From NCBI GenBank assembly GCA_036785375.1, contig JAWMAR010000618.1, positions 930,001-994,000 of the forward strand: DNA of 64,000 nucleotides, given 5' to 3'. Source of the DNA: Leucoraja ocellata (lineage: Eukaryota). The position numbers and the translations under genes were made by a program. The notes beneath the pieces are model-generated. The model was not told the origin of the DNA. It saw only the letters and a program-made list of their open reading frames with translations, and searched no databases. Below, in pieces: positions 1 to 12,439 of this stretch (its first letter is position 1; every line of letters begins with the position of its first letter).

Positions 1-1000
1 ATTTATATACACGTCAACCTTTGGTATGCAGTACCTACCCCCATCTCCCTCCACCCACCCCCCACCCCCACCCCCTTCCAACAATCCGTCTGGAAGAATC
101 CCGACCCGAAATGTCATCTATCCATTTTCTCCAGAAATGCTGCCTGACCCGCTGAGTTACTCCAGCATTTTATGGCTTATATTTGGTATAATCCAGCATC
201 TGCCGTTCCTTTTTATTACGTTATAACCTTTGGAATACACTTGGGATAATTGAAAAAGGAACCTGGAAAATGTGGTTTTATTAACCATAGTATGTGCTTT
301 ACTTCCTTGGTTACTGATTAACACAAGGACAAACAATGGACTTCATCACCTAGGAACGTGATGCAGAGAAACAGCAAACTGACCCATCACTTGAAATCCA
401 AATGATGAATATCAAATGAAATTTCCGATATGGTACCCAATGTCAATATTACAATTGATTATATTCTGGATAGAGAACAGAGATAGAACTGGGAGAAGAG
501 AAGAGGGCGGAAATTTGGATGTTCGTAGGTGTTCATCTAGATAGAGAGCAGAGGGCAGGATTTGAATGAGAGCAAAAAGGGGGACTGTGTACAAAGTGGG
601 AGTGGGAGTGGGACGCAGGACATGGGACTGGATGGAGTGCAAAATGAGGTACTGGATCGTCAACAAGAGATGGGACTGGATGGACAGCTGGGGAAAGAGT
701 GAAGGATTATGTGAATGGGTCTTGATGGAGAACACAAGGGGTGAAGGCAGGACAGGATGGAGATCCAGTGTGGATCGGTACCTTTCAATGTGTCAGGCAG
801 ATATCTCAGTAATCATTGGGCAAGTGTGAATTCCACCAACAAATGCTGGACATAAACCTGGAATCCACACAGTAGTCACCACCACAACAACAGCAGATTG
901 CTGTAAAACAAAAATCAAACTTGTCCAGGTACACTAAGGCTATCTATTTTCACATCGAACATCACATCTCTTCTGTCCTTTAATGCCTGCATTAGCCTAA

Positions 1001-1694
1001 AGCCCCTGTCCCACTTACGTGTCCTTGACACGCTAATTACGCGACCTTGTGGTCGCGTTGACGTGTGACGGTCCCGCGAAGGTCGCGCGCGTATTCATGC
1101 GCCCGCACAGTCGTCTGGAGCGCCTGGCGTCATTTGAAGATGGACACAAAATGCTGGAGTAACTCAACGGGCCCGGCAGCATCTCTGGAGAGCAGGAATT
1201 GATGACGTTTCGTGTCGAGATTCTTCTTCAGTCTGAAAGAAGGGTCTTGACCCGAAACGTCACCCATTGCTTCTCTCCAGAGATGCTGCTGGTCCCGCTG
1301 AGTTACTCCAGCATTTTGTGTCTACCTTCAATTTTCTTGGCCCCGCTCTGGGAGTAGAAGCGTGGGCGGATCCGGACCGCAACGGGCGTGAGCCCCAGGC
1401 CGAGCTCGGCGATGGTTCGCCTGCTTCTGCTGCTGGTGGAGGTGAGACGTTGCGCCGCGCCAGGGTCTTGGGCCTGTCGCACTTTGGCCGTCAGTTACGC
1501 GACAGGCCGGTGGCGCGCGAAGATTTTGATCGCTACAAAATTTCGTAGTGCTGCGCGATACCACGCACAACTCCATACCCCTCCGCGGTTCTCAGTGGGA
1601 CCGGCCACGCGTGGCCACACAATGCCCGTGCGCCTCAACGCGACGACGGGGTCGCGTAATTTGCATGCCACGGACAGCAAGTGGGACAGGGCCT
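1001..1694. mobile_element. PIF/Harbinger-type MITE (composite, carries Penelope-derived palindrome at ~1135-1330)
   Basis: TIRs agcccctgtcccactt / aagtgggacagggcct; flanks taa / tca; near-identical truncated copy at 57874-58522. Confidence 0.8.
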
Positions 1695-2076
1695 TCAGTT
1701 GACTAGGGGATGTTGATAATTCCCCTCTTTTTACATCAGCACTAGTGGCTCAACCCTCAACTGATTGTTTATGTCCAGCATTTGTTGGTGGGACTTACAT
1801 TTGCTCAATGATTCACACTTTGAATTCCTCTCCTTAACCACATACTACACTCTTCCGTTAAGACACTTCCTAAAGTCCACCACTGAGACCAATCTTTCTT
1901 CATCCTGTCCATTATTGTCATCTATAATTTAGCAGCTGTTTCTGTCTGTGCCATGCAGCACCTTGGAACATTTTTCCACATAACTTATTACTTTTATATC
2001 AACCTCCCTGAAAATGTCAAAGACATATGCTAACAAAATGCCATTATCATGTTTAAACTTTGGTATTGAAGGTTGA

Positions 2077-2241
2077 AGGGCCTGTCCCACTTAAGCGACT
2101 CGTTAGGCAACTGCCAGGGACTAGTTTTAATGGAATTCACCTACGACATCTGGCGACAACCTACGTCAACCTACGACAACAAAAATTGTTGCCGCAGTCG
2201 CCTGTAGTCGCCCAAAAAATCGCCTAAGTGGGACAGACCCA
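2077..2241. mobile_element. PIF/Harbinger-type MITE
   Basis: TIRs agggcctgtcccactt / aagtgggacagaccca; 3-bp TSD tga/tga. Confidence 0.8.
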
Positions 2242-2329
2242 TGAGGGAATATTTTGATTAATATTTAATGTGCTGTACGGATTTGATAAAATGATCCAAT
2301 TTTTTGAATGTTGAGAATATGGACTCTTT

Positions 2330-2860
2330 AAGCTGGAAAGAATGCCGAGAAGGTATACGAGGATGTTGTCAGAATTTGAGGCCCTGAGCTATACGGAGGG
2401 GTTGGGCAGGCTAAGCCTTTATTTCTTGGGAGCGAAGGAGGATGAGGAGTGATCTTACAGAGGTGTCTAAGATCACGAGGACAATAGATTGGATAAAAGA
2501 CTCTCCGCATTCATCTAGAGTAGGAGAATCATGAACCAGAGAACACAGGTTCAAGGTGAGATGGAAAAGATTAAATAGGAGCCTGTGGGTGGTGTATATG
2601 CAGAATGAGCTGCCAGAGGAGGTAGTTGAAACAGATACTATAACAAAATTCAAAAAACATTTGGACAGGTACATGGATAGGAAAGGTTTAGAGGGATATG
2701 ATCCATATGCGGGCAGGTGGGACTAGTGTAGATGGGCATATTTGGCATCTTGGGCAGCATACAACAAAAGCTTTTCACTATACCTCTGTGCACAGGACAA
2801 AAAACGAAACTGATAACTGGATGGTTGGACAGAAGGGTCTGTTTCCATGCTGTATGACTC
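2330..2860 (+). mobile_element. CR1-like LINE 3' fragment (decayed)
   Basis: Clearly homologous to the CR1 ORF2 3' fragments at 15547-16065 and 40425-41290 (TRxHRFKV...NELPEEVV region). Confidence 0.75.
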
Positions 2861-2906
2861 TAGGACCATTTGGAAGTCAAGAACATGGGAATATAATGCA
2901 CAGGGT

Positions 2907-4344
2907 GGAACTGCAGATGTTTGTTGAACCCGAAGATAGACACAAAATGCTGGAGTAACTCAGCGGGACAGGCAGCATCTCTGGAGAGAAGGAATAGGTG
3001 ACGTTTCACGTCAAGATCCTTCTTCAGACTAGAGTCAGAGGAAAGGGAAAAGAGAGGTATAGACAGTGATGTAGAGAGATGTAGAACAAATGAATGAAAG
3101 CGAGTGTTAGATTTAGCTCTTTGGGCTGAAGGAATCAAGGGACATGGGGAAAAGCAGGAATGGGGAACCTATTTTAGAAGATCAGCCATGATCATATTCA
3201 ATGGCGGTGATGGCTTGAAGGGCCGAATGACCTACTCCTGCACCTATTTTTCTATGTCCAATGTTTCTAAGATATGCAAAAAAGTAACGATGATAAAGGA
3301 AACAGGCCATTGTTAGCTGCTTCCCAGGTGAGAACGAGAAGCTGGTGTGACGGGTGAGGGAGGGATGGAGAGAGAGGGAATGCAGGGGTTACTTGAAGTT
3401 AGAGGAATCAATGATTTTTCCACTGGGTTGCAAGCTGCCCAAACGACACATAGGATGCAGTTCCTCCAATTTGCGTTTAGCCTCACTCTGACAATGGAGG
3501 AGACGCAGGACAGAAAGGTCTGTGGGAATGGGAAGGGGAATTAAAGTGTTTAGCAACCGGGAGATCAGGTAGGTCCAGGCGGACTGAGGGAAGGTGTTCA
3601 GCGAAACGATCGCCCAGTCTACGTTTGTTCTGCAAAATGAAATCCCCAGCAACCTTCCCCGGCAACCACCGGCGATGCAACACCTGTCCCTATACCTCCT
3701 CCCTCGACTCTATCCAGGGACTCTGACAAGCCTTTCAGCTTAGGCCGAGGTTCACTTGCACCTCCTCAAACCTCATCTACTGTATCCGTTGTTCGAGATA
3801 TGGGCACAATACATCAGTGAGACCAAACGTAGACTGGGCGATCGTTTTGCTGAACACCTTCGCTCAGTCTGCCTGGACCTACCTGATCTCCCGGTAGCCA
3901 AATACTTTAATTCCCCTACCCATTCCCACACTTATCTTCCTGTGCTCGGCCTCCTCCATTGTCAGAGTGAGGCTAATTGTAAATTGGTGGAACAACATCT
4001 CATATTTCGCTTGGGCAGCTTACAACCAAATGGTATGAATATTGATTTCTCCAACTTCAAGTAACCCCTGCATTCCCACTCTCTCCACCCTCCCCCGCCC
4101 AAGTTGCCCCAGCTTCTCATTCTTAGCTAGCAAACAGCTAACAATGGTCTGTTTCATTTATCATCACTGCTTCTTTGCATAACTCTAATTCATTTGTTCA
4201 CAATCTCTCTACATCACTGTCCATAGCTCACTTTTCCCTTTTCCCCTGACTCTAGTCTGAAGAAGGGTCTCGGCCTAAAATGTCACCTATTCCTTCTCTC
4301 CAGAGGTGCTGCCTATCGCTGAGATACTCCAGCATTTTGTGTCT
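2907..4344. mobile_element. Penelope-like element (Neptune-type) remnant with inverted 5' duplication of its 3' end
   Basis: Plus-strand GIY-YIG remnant (RRCNTCPY...FTCTSSNLIYCIRC...YISETKRRLGDRFAEH...HFN..LGSLQP) at ~3660-4064; the same C-terminal segment inverted at ~3389-3630; hammerhead-like ends on both sides; CR1 tail nested at ~3100-3270. Confidence 0.85.
3660..4064 (+). pseudogene. GIY-YIG endonuclease C-terminal remnant of Penelope-like element
   Basis: CxxC motif, LIY...YI(S/G)ET, R-x-x-EH motif; frameshifted. Confidence 0.8.
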
Positions 4345-4734
4345 GACATGGAAATATAATCTTGAAATAATACTAGGTAATTTGGGAAAGAAGTCAGGAA
4401 GCATTTTCCAACATTAGCAGTTGTAGAAATGTGCAAGACTCTCACCATGCATACCTGGATTATCACAGTTTTCACAAATTAGTTGCCTGGACGTGCGCTA
4501 ATTATGTTATCAAGGGACATGCAGCTCAAGTAGGTAATGGAACCGAGGTTAAGATTAGTGTAACCAAGCTAAATGGCAGAATGTACTTGAGGAACTGATT
4601 GGTCTGTTTACTTATATTTGTTAATACTGAAAACAGAGCAGTTTCAGAGAAAGTCAGAAGAGCTAGAAACTGAGGAGCACAAAACCAGCTTTGAGTTGTG
4701 TATTGTGCCAGTATTGTAAGAGAGGGCAGTGGTG

Positions 4735-4934
4735 NNNNNNNNNNNNNNNNNNNNNNNNNNNNNNNNNNNNNNNNNNNNNNNNNNNNNNNNNNNNNNNNNN
4801 NNNNNNNNNNNNNNNNNNNNNNNNNNNNNNNNNNNNNNNNNNNNNNNNNNNNNNNNNNNNNNNNNNNNNNNNNNNNNNNNNNNNNNNNNNNNNNNNNNNN
4901 NNNNNNNNNNNNNNNNNNNNNNNNNNNNNNNNNN
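4735..4934. other. Assembly gap (200 N)
   Basis: Run of N. Confidence 1.
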
Positions 4935-5559
4935 CATTGATCACTCAAAGCGCCGCCGGGCAACCTAAACACCGAGTTATTTTGCCCGGCTTGGCAACCA
5001 GATCCTGGTTTGTACCGAAGATAGACATAAAAAACTGGAGTAACTCCGCGGGTCAGGCAGCATCTCTGGAGAAAAGGAACACAACGTTTTGTGTCGGCGG
5101 TGACGACTGTATTGCGTGGGAAATATACTAGGTGCGTGGTGACGAAGGGTCGCAGCGAATGACGGGTCCCGAACAGCGGCTCCATCTCCTCCTCCTGCCC
5201 CCCGCCCGCCCTGATAAGGGCCGCTGCTTACAAACCCGCTTACGGCGCACTTTCAAAACAAACCCTCCTGCACGCCGAGGTCGGGAGGAGGAAGGCCTCA
5301 GCGTGTGGGAGGATTTGTTTTGAAAGCGGGTATCGCTATTAGCAGGTTTGCAAGCAGCGACCGCTATCAGGGAGGAGGAGGAGATGGAGCTGCTGCGAAT
5401 GTCATTCGCTCCGACATTTTCTGAAGCAGCTGCACCATAGATCCTGTAGCTGAAGGGCCCCGCACCTTGCTGTTGGCTGGCGGAGGAGGGAGGCGGTGGC
5501 GAGGAGTTCCTAACGGCCAAGGCAGCGAGGCGATGTTGTCCGAGGAGCACTGACCCTCC

Positions 5560-6340
5560 TTCCTCCCCACCTCACCCCCCTTCTCTCTCTCTCTCTTGTA
5601 CGCCCCCTCATCCTGGGACCCCTCCTCCACATCCAGCACTGATCCCCATTCCCGCCTCTATTCAGTCCTCACTGATATCCCCTGTGTTTCCCTCACCATC
5701 TCCCCATCCTGCGCTGATCACCCTATCCACCTCACATTGATTCTCCTGCAACCCGCCCATCCATCCCAATTCACCCTGTACTTACCCCTTTCCCATCCAT
5801 CCTGCACTTCTCCTCCATCCATCCTGTACTAATCCACGCATTCATCCTGTACTGACCCACCCTCCATTTACCCTGCACCTTCCTCTCATTCACCCTGCAC
5901 CTTCCCCCCATTAATCCTGCACAGACCCTCTGATCCACACTGTACTGAACCCCACCCCATTCATCCTGCACTGATCTCTTCCCCCCCCCCCCCCCCCGTC
6001 CATCCTGTACTGATCCTCCCATTCAAGAACAATGGGGGGAACAGTCTGAAGAAGGGTCTCGACCCGAAACGTTGCCTATTTCCTTCGCTCCATAGATGCT
6101 GCCTCACCCGCTGAGTTTCTCCAGCACTTTTGTCTACCCCCCTCCATCCCGTACTGATTCCCCCCCCCCCCCCCCCATTCAACACCACTGACATCCCCTG
6201 TGCTCTCCCCTCACAATTTTACCTACTCCAACCAACACGTACTAATTCACCTGCCTCAATCCATCCATTCTGCACCTTCTAACCCTCCCCCGCCATCTAT
6301 CCACCCCGCACTGATTCACACACACCCCCTCCCTGACCCT
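5560..6340. repeat. Degenerate C-rich minisatellite (catcctgYactgatcc-like unit) with poly-C tracts
   Basis: Roughly 15 imperfect repeats of catcctg(c/t)actga; strong C/G strand skew. Confidence 0.7.
6044..6075 (+). ncRNA. Minimal type I hammerhead ribozyme motif (Penelope-associated)
   Basis: gt-CTGAAGA-a-gggtc(tc)gaccc-GAAAC-GTT-gc. Confidence 0.7.
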
Positions 6341-7049
6341 ATTGTCCTGGAAATGTCTTCAGAGCGAACATTGACTATGTTTGATAACGGAATGCTATCA
6401 AATGCGTTTTAATTCCCAATGTTAATATTTGTTTTAATCTATAAAGATGGATTAATTAAATTGTGAACACGTGAAACATTACAACCAGTGTTCGATTGTC
6501 ACTGCTACCGTTGACACGTTATTATTATAGAATTCATTTTAACGGCAAATCAATGCTCTTAATATGGAGTATCAGTACTGTAGTTATTTAATGAGCAACA
6601 TTCACAACTGTACGTACGCATATATGTTACCATGGTCCCAGATTTATAGACACAGGTTGATCATACGCTGAATAATCCAACCACATTTTTGTTTGGAAGT
6701 GGAAAGAACTAATAGAAATTGCATTAATTGCAATGTGTAAAAAGAGTTGCGATACTGTCTTATAATTTTGCTGCATGTCATTGTGAGATATATCATGTCT
6801 TGATTGGTGAATGTTTAGTTTGTGACTTTATTTGAAGCAGAAATAATATGTGAATGCTTCTTTGAGTATAATTCCGACTGGTAACTACGCACTTCGTCCG
6901 AGCACATTATCGCACGCATCATGCAAGCCATCTTAAATGACCACCTAAACTGTCATTTGGCATAAAAAGATGCCAAGGTTGCCCGGCTGCAACAGGGAAA
7001 AAAAGTTAAGCGAGAGCCCTGCAATTGTCTACTAAAACTTGTCATTGTA

Positions 7050-7760
7050 TCGACTTCTACTTTCCTCTGGTAATTCATTCCAGATATGGACTACCCTATA
7101 AGTGAAAAATATGCCCCGAGACCCCTCTGAATTCTCAACCTCTCACTTTGAGCCTAAGCTCTCTCTACCTTTTGAAATCTCTACCCTGGGTAGAAGACTA
7201 TCAGCATTCACCTGCCCCTCGTGATCTTGTACACCTCAGCCTCCTAAGCGCTAAGTCCCAGTCCCAGCCTATCCAACCTCTCCCTATCATTCAATCCCAC
7301 AAGCCCAGATAACATCCCGTTGAATCTCTTCTGCACCCTCTCCAACTGATTGACATCGTAGCTGGGAGAACAGAAATGTACTCAAGTGTGGTCTCACCAA
7401 CAATTTGTACAGTTGCATCATGATGTCCCAACTTTTGTAGTCAGTACCTTTCCAAACGTGCCAAACGCCTTCTTCATCACACTGTCCAACTGATTCAACA
7501 CTTTTAGGAAACCATGGAAATGTATTTCCAGATCTCCCTTTTCTGCATCACTCCCCAGGGCTCTACCATTTACTGTCAGCCCTGCCCTGGTCTGATATTC
7601 CAAAATACAATGCCTCACACTAGTTAGAGTTAAATTCCATTTGCCATTCCTTGCCCCACAATCCCAACAGATCTTGATCTTGCTGCAGCTTAGATAACCT
7701 TCCTTGCTGTCTATTATGCCACCAATTTTGGTGTTATCTGCAAATTTACTAACAATGTTA
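7050..7760 (-). mobile_element. CR1-like LINE fragment (decayed)
   Basis: Similar to other CR1 copies; remnant VNGRALGS...KKAFGTF in ORF track. Confidence 0.7.
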
Positions 7761-8410
7761 ACTAGATTGTAATTATATATCCAAAATAAACAGCAGCAGA
7801 CCTAGCACTAACCTCCGTGGCATCCAATTGATCACTAGCCTCCAATTAGAAAAAAAAACAAATTTCAGAACTACCTTTTGATTGTAGAAATGTAGGTTGT
7901 AGAAACCCGAAACGTCACCCATTGCTTCTCCAGAGATGCTGCCTTTCCACTGAGTTACTCCAGCATTTTGTGTCTATCTATCTTTTGACTTCTTACTCCA
8001 AGTCCATTTGGTAATCCAATTGGCTAGCTCAATTTGGATTCTATGCGATTTAACCTTCAAGAATTACCTACCATGCAGGACCATGTCAAAGGCCTTGCTA
8101 AAGTCTGTATAAACACTGCCCACTGCCCTGCCCTCTTCAATCCTGATGGTGACCTCTTTAAAGGTTATCCACCTTAATGTATTTTAAAACAACCTATCCT
8201 TCCATTTGGTAATTCACATATCATTTATGACATCACAACTCTTAAGGCCCTTTTCTCAGTAAAAACTGTTGGGAAGTATTCATTTAACATCTCACACATC
8301 TCTTGTGGCTCTACACAAAGACGGCATAAGGTGTCCTATTCTTTCCATTGCCACCCTTTTACTTTTAATATACCTGAAGAATATTTTGGGATTTTTCTTT
8401 ACATCACAAG

Positions 8411-9060
8411 AGCGTGGCACAGTGGCACAGCGTCAGGTGAAACACAGAGGTAGTGTTGCAGCCTTAAGGGCCTGTCCCACCAGCATGCGATAGCATGCGT
8501 CTAGTGCGACCAAACGTGGTCGCTTGAGGCGTACAGCCGCGCGGGGCCGGTCCCAATTCGTACCACGGAGGCGTATGGAGTTGTGCGGGGCTGGTCCCGA
8601 CATCAAACTCACCAATCAGCTGGGCAGGAGGCGGGCTGACTGAATTTGGACGTCGCACGGCATCGGGCGGTGACATCATAAAGCAACGGCATGCCGGGCG
8701 GTGACATCATCGCGCAACGCCACGTGCTAGGAGTACGATGTCAAGATGCTGCGTACGGCCTCGATGCGCCTGCGGGCCGACAGGATTTTCGAACAGGGCA
8801 GGATTTTCGGAGCCCCGCGCGATGTCAGGACTAGCCCCGCACAACTCCATACGCCTCCGCCGATCGAAGTGAGACCGGCCCCGCAAGGCCGTACGCCTCA
8901 AGCGACCACGTTTGGTCGCACTAGATGCCTGCTGTCGCATGCTGGTGGGACAGGCCCTTTACAGCGCCAGAGATTCAGGTTCAATCCTGACCTCAGGTAC
9001 TTTCTGTACGTTAGTTAATGTGGACTTGGTGGGCTGAAGGGCCTGTTTCAACATAGAATT
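8411..9060 (+). mobile_element. tRNA-derived V-SINE/HE1-like SINE interrupted by a MITE
   Basis: gtggcacagtggcacagc...gcctta|cagcgccagagattcaggttcaatcctgac matches the uninterrupted copy at 26267. Confidence 0.65.
8467..8958. mobile_element. PIF/Harbinger-type MITE (long internal palindrome)
   Basis: TIRs agggcctgtcccaccagcatgcga / tcgcatgctggtgggacaggccct; TTA TSD confirmed by the empty site gccttacagc in the SINE at ~26298. Confidence 0.9.
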
Positions 9061-9715
9061 TCAAAACTAAATTGCCTGCCAGCTCTATTTCATGCCCTTT
9101 TTTTGCATCTGATTACAATCTTAAGAATACCCCTTCTTGAACTCAAGGGATCCTCAGACTCAAGAAGGGACTGCCTAAACCTAACACATGCCTCCTTTTT
9201 CCTGACCAGAGCCTCAGCATCTGTCATCAACCAGGGTTCCTTACACTTGCCAGTCTTGCCCTTCGCTTGTACTCTTGCTCACTTATGAAAACCTCCCACT
9301 TGCCAACCATTCCATTACCTACAAACAGACTCTTTCAATCAACCTCTGCAAGTTCTCTCCTAATGCATCCAAAATAAATTTCAACTTATTTCTGGGGTCA
9401 ATGGAAAGCCCGCAGGGCATGTTACTAACCACAAAATGTTGATTCTTGTGTCTGGCAGGATAGTGTGAATAAAGTGTCTCTGAAATTGGATTTTATTCTG
9501 TTCAATTATTGCATAGGACTCAATCCACAAAGATTCAGCTGTCTGGGTCCCAAAAATGTGCACCCTGTGGTAATATTTTAATTGTAGATGACTTTCCATT
9601 TAAATGAGAGTCAATGCATTCAATACAGGATATGAGCAACTGTATCCCCACCTGTCATCCAAACTACATTTCAAAGTCACTGCTGGCCTGCTCTTGGTCG
9701 GACTGACCACTCTTA

Positions 9716-10038
9716 TGGGCCTGTCCCACTGACGCAACTTTTTCGGCGACTTCCGGTACCCATCATAGGTCGTTGCAGGTCAGCGAAAATTTTCAACATG
9801 TTGAAAATGCAGCGGTGACCAGAAAGACGCTACAACTCTTTGGGCGATTGAGGAGACTACTCATGACCATAGAGGCGACACCCTGGCGACATGTCGTGGT
9901 GAAGCCTGTATGGTTGCGAGTAGTCGCCCAAAGAGTCGTACCTTGTTCTGGTCGCCGCTGGATTTTCAGCGAACTGCTACGACCTATGACGGGTGCCGGC
10001 AGTCGCTGAAAAAAGTCGCATACGTGGGGACAGGCTCA
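9716..10038. mobile_element. PIF/Harbinger-type MITE
   Basis: TIRs tgggcctgtcccac / gtggggacaggctca; TTA TSD; related to 60509 and 62718 copies. Confidence 0.85.
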
Positions 10039-10424
10039 TTAATAAAACATGAAGACAGTCATGATTAAGTGACTACTTAATCAATGTAAGGAAAGGTCCT
10101 GAAGTCTGCTAATGTTATTCCAATATTGATGTCTTTTTATTTTACACCCCTTGTTTGTTGGATAGAAATGTTTGCCAGATTCAAGTATGACTGGGTTCTT
10201 GAACCATGACTGAAAATACTAACAAGACGTGCCTCAGGATGAAATAGCTCGAAGTGCAATTGAAGACCACTAATAAATCATTTGATAACAATGTGAGAAA
10301 ACTGTCTTGCAACTGAAAACATCTGAGCATTCCGTTTAATTGGAGTTTCTGTGATAAAATAAAAATAGATTAGAAATGTAAGCAAGGTAACGTAAAAGGA
10401 GCTTTTAATACTATTTATACACTT

Positions 10425-10612
10425 TATAGACAAAAAGCTGGAGTGACTCAGCGGGTCAGACAGCATCTCCGGAGAAAAGGAATAGGTGACGTTTCGGGTC
10501 GAGACCCCTCTTCAGATTTGTCAGATAGAGATGCTGTCTGCCCCGCTGAGTTACTCCAGCTTTTTGTGTCTATCTTTGGCTTAAACCAGCATCTGCAGTT
10601 CCTTCCTACACA
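10425..10612. mobile_element. Penelope-derived fold-back insertion with hammerhead motif (10486-10516, minus)
   Basis: Palindromic aaaagctggagt-actcagcggg...cccgctgagttactccagc; minus strand CTGAAGA-g-gggtctcgaccc-GAAAC-GTC. Confidence 0.7.
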
Positions 10613-12009
10613 CTAAATATACTTGTAAATTGCGAATGATAGCATGGATACATTTCAGTCATATTGAATTATTCCCAATTAATTTTGAGGTACAGTAAAC
10701 TCTCCCTTATTTGGTACTTATACATTCAGAATTCTAATAAAATCTACAAAGATTTCTTGGAATATTAAGAGATTTCATAAACCATGTAATGCCATTTCAT
10801 CAGGTGAAACACAGCAAATAAATTGCATTAGCGTTTTTCACATTTGGAAGTGTTTTTGGTTTAAGCGGTAGCCTAGCCCGATCTGAGTGTGTGTAAATGT
10901 CTATGCATACCGACATAAAAAATTGTTTTTTAATGCAAATTAGCTCAAAAGTGGTATGCAAAATAAGATGTTTTTAGTTTATTAACATGTAAAGGCATCG
11001 CAGTTGAAGGCTGATAAGCAGCAACACTAAGGCAGAGATAGATTGATTCTTGAGTAGTACAGGTATCAACATGGGGAGCAGGTAGGAGAATGGGGTTAGG
11101 AGGAAGAGATAGATCAGCCATGATTGAATGGTGGAGTAGACTTGATGGGCCGAATGGTTTAATTCTGCTCCAATCACTTATGACCTTATGGCCATCTTTG
11201 AGGACCTGCACTTTATTGTGGATACAGTGATGCATTTGATTTTTTTCACTGTATTTCAGTTTAGCCTTAAAATATAGACTTGATGTGTAAAACCATTATT
11301 TAAAAGATGACACATAGCGCAGCAATTTACTTAAAACTTTGTGCTTGGATGAATACTGAGGTGTGATGTACAGTAAAGTTTTGCTCATACATCTGACATA
11401 TTCATGCAAGTACCCCCCCCCCCCCCCACCCCACCCCACATAGATGCCAAATGGCTGAGGGTATACCATATAAAGTGTTCACTATAATAAATACAGGGAG
11501 GCTCGTGCAATGGGCATTAGCCCTTAAAGAGAATTATGTGAGTACTTCAGTAGTAGAAAGCAGCAAAGATCGTAAACTAGCAATATAAAATAACAACATT
11601 ATACCATTTACTGAAATTATTGATTCAGTAAATGGTATAAACTCAATTAAAAATATGAAGGAGTGTGAAGAAGGGTCTGGAGATGCTGCTGGTCCCGCAG
11701 CCCACTGAGTTTCCAGCATTTTGTGTCTACCTTCAATGAAACATATGAGGTTGTTAAAAATAAAGATGTTAATTAAATGTTCCCTTTTTCAGGGCTATAC
11801 TTTAAATTTATATAAATATGCAATGCAGAATTATCTGGGGATGTATCGCTGAGCGGTGGTAAGCTTAAAACGCGGTTCTCTTTAATTAAAAGGTGGATTT
11901 AAAAAAATGTTAATTCAAAAATGAAGCTCACAATATGTTTGAAGCTCAAATAAAATGTAATTAGGCATTATATTACTACTTTATATCACAATGGTAAGAC
12001 ATTTGTTCA

Positions 12010-12360
12010 TGTCATTGGGGTAGAATTAAGCCATTCGGCCCATCAAGTCTACTACACCATTCAATCATGGCTGTTCTATCTTTCCCTCTCAACCCCATTC
12101 TCCTGCCTTCTCCCCATAACCTTCCACAACCCTACTAATCAATAATCTGTCAACCTCCATTTTAAAAATACCCAATCACTTGGCCTCCACAGCCGTCTGT
12201 CACAATGGCTTCCAGATTCACCACCCTTTGACAAAATAAATTCCTCCTTATCTCCATTCTAAAGGTACATTGTTTTATTCTGAGGCAGTGCTTTCTGGTC
12301 CTAGACTCCCTCACCAGTGGAAAAATCCTTTCCACAACCACTCCATCCAGGCCTTTCACT
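12010..12360 (-). mobile_element. CR1-like LINE 3' end
   Basis: ORF remnant MKGLDGV..ERIFPLV.ESRTR.H.LRIK..RRNLF.QRVVNL and CR1-type 3' UTR. Confidence 0.75.
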
Positions 12361-12439
12361 ATTCAGTAAGTTCCAATGAGCCCCTTCCCCCCCCCACCCC
12401 CCCCCCCCTCATCCTTCCAAACCCCAGCAAGTTCTGGCC

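Larger units (their letters stand above)
4935..7021. mobile_element. Probable non-autonomous DNA transposon (hAT-like end); left terminus lost in gap
   Basis: Right end ...gttaagcgagagccctg (reads CAGGG on minus strand); subterminal gccgggcaacc (4955-4965) inverted at 6977-6987; internal GC-rich palindrome and minisatellite. Confidence 0.45.

Noticed and set aside
4526-5185. ORFs spanning the N gap
   Set aside because: Artefacts of translating Ns
5128-5550. CpG-island-like region with a 140-aa ORF as a possible host first exon
   Set aside because: Lies in a palindromic, transposon-like segment; low-complexity peptide with no recognisable domain
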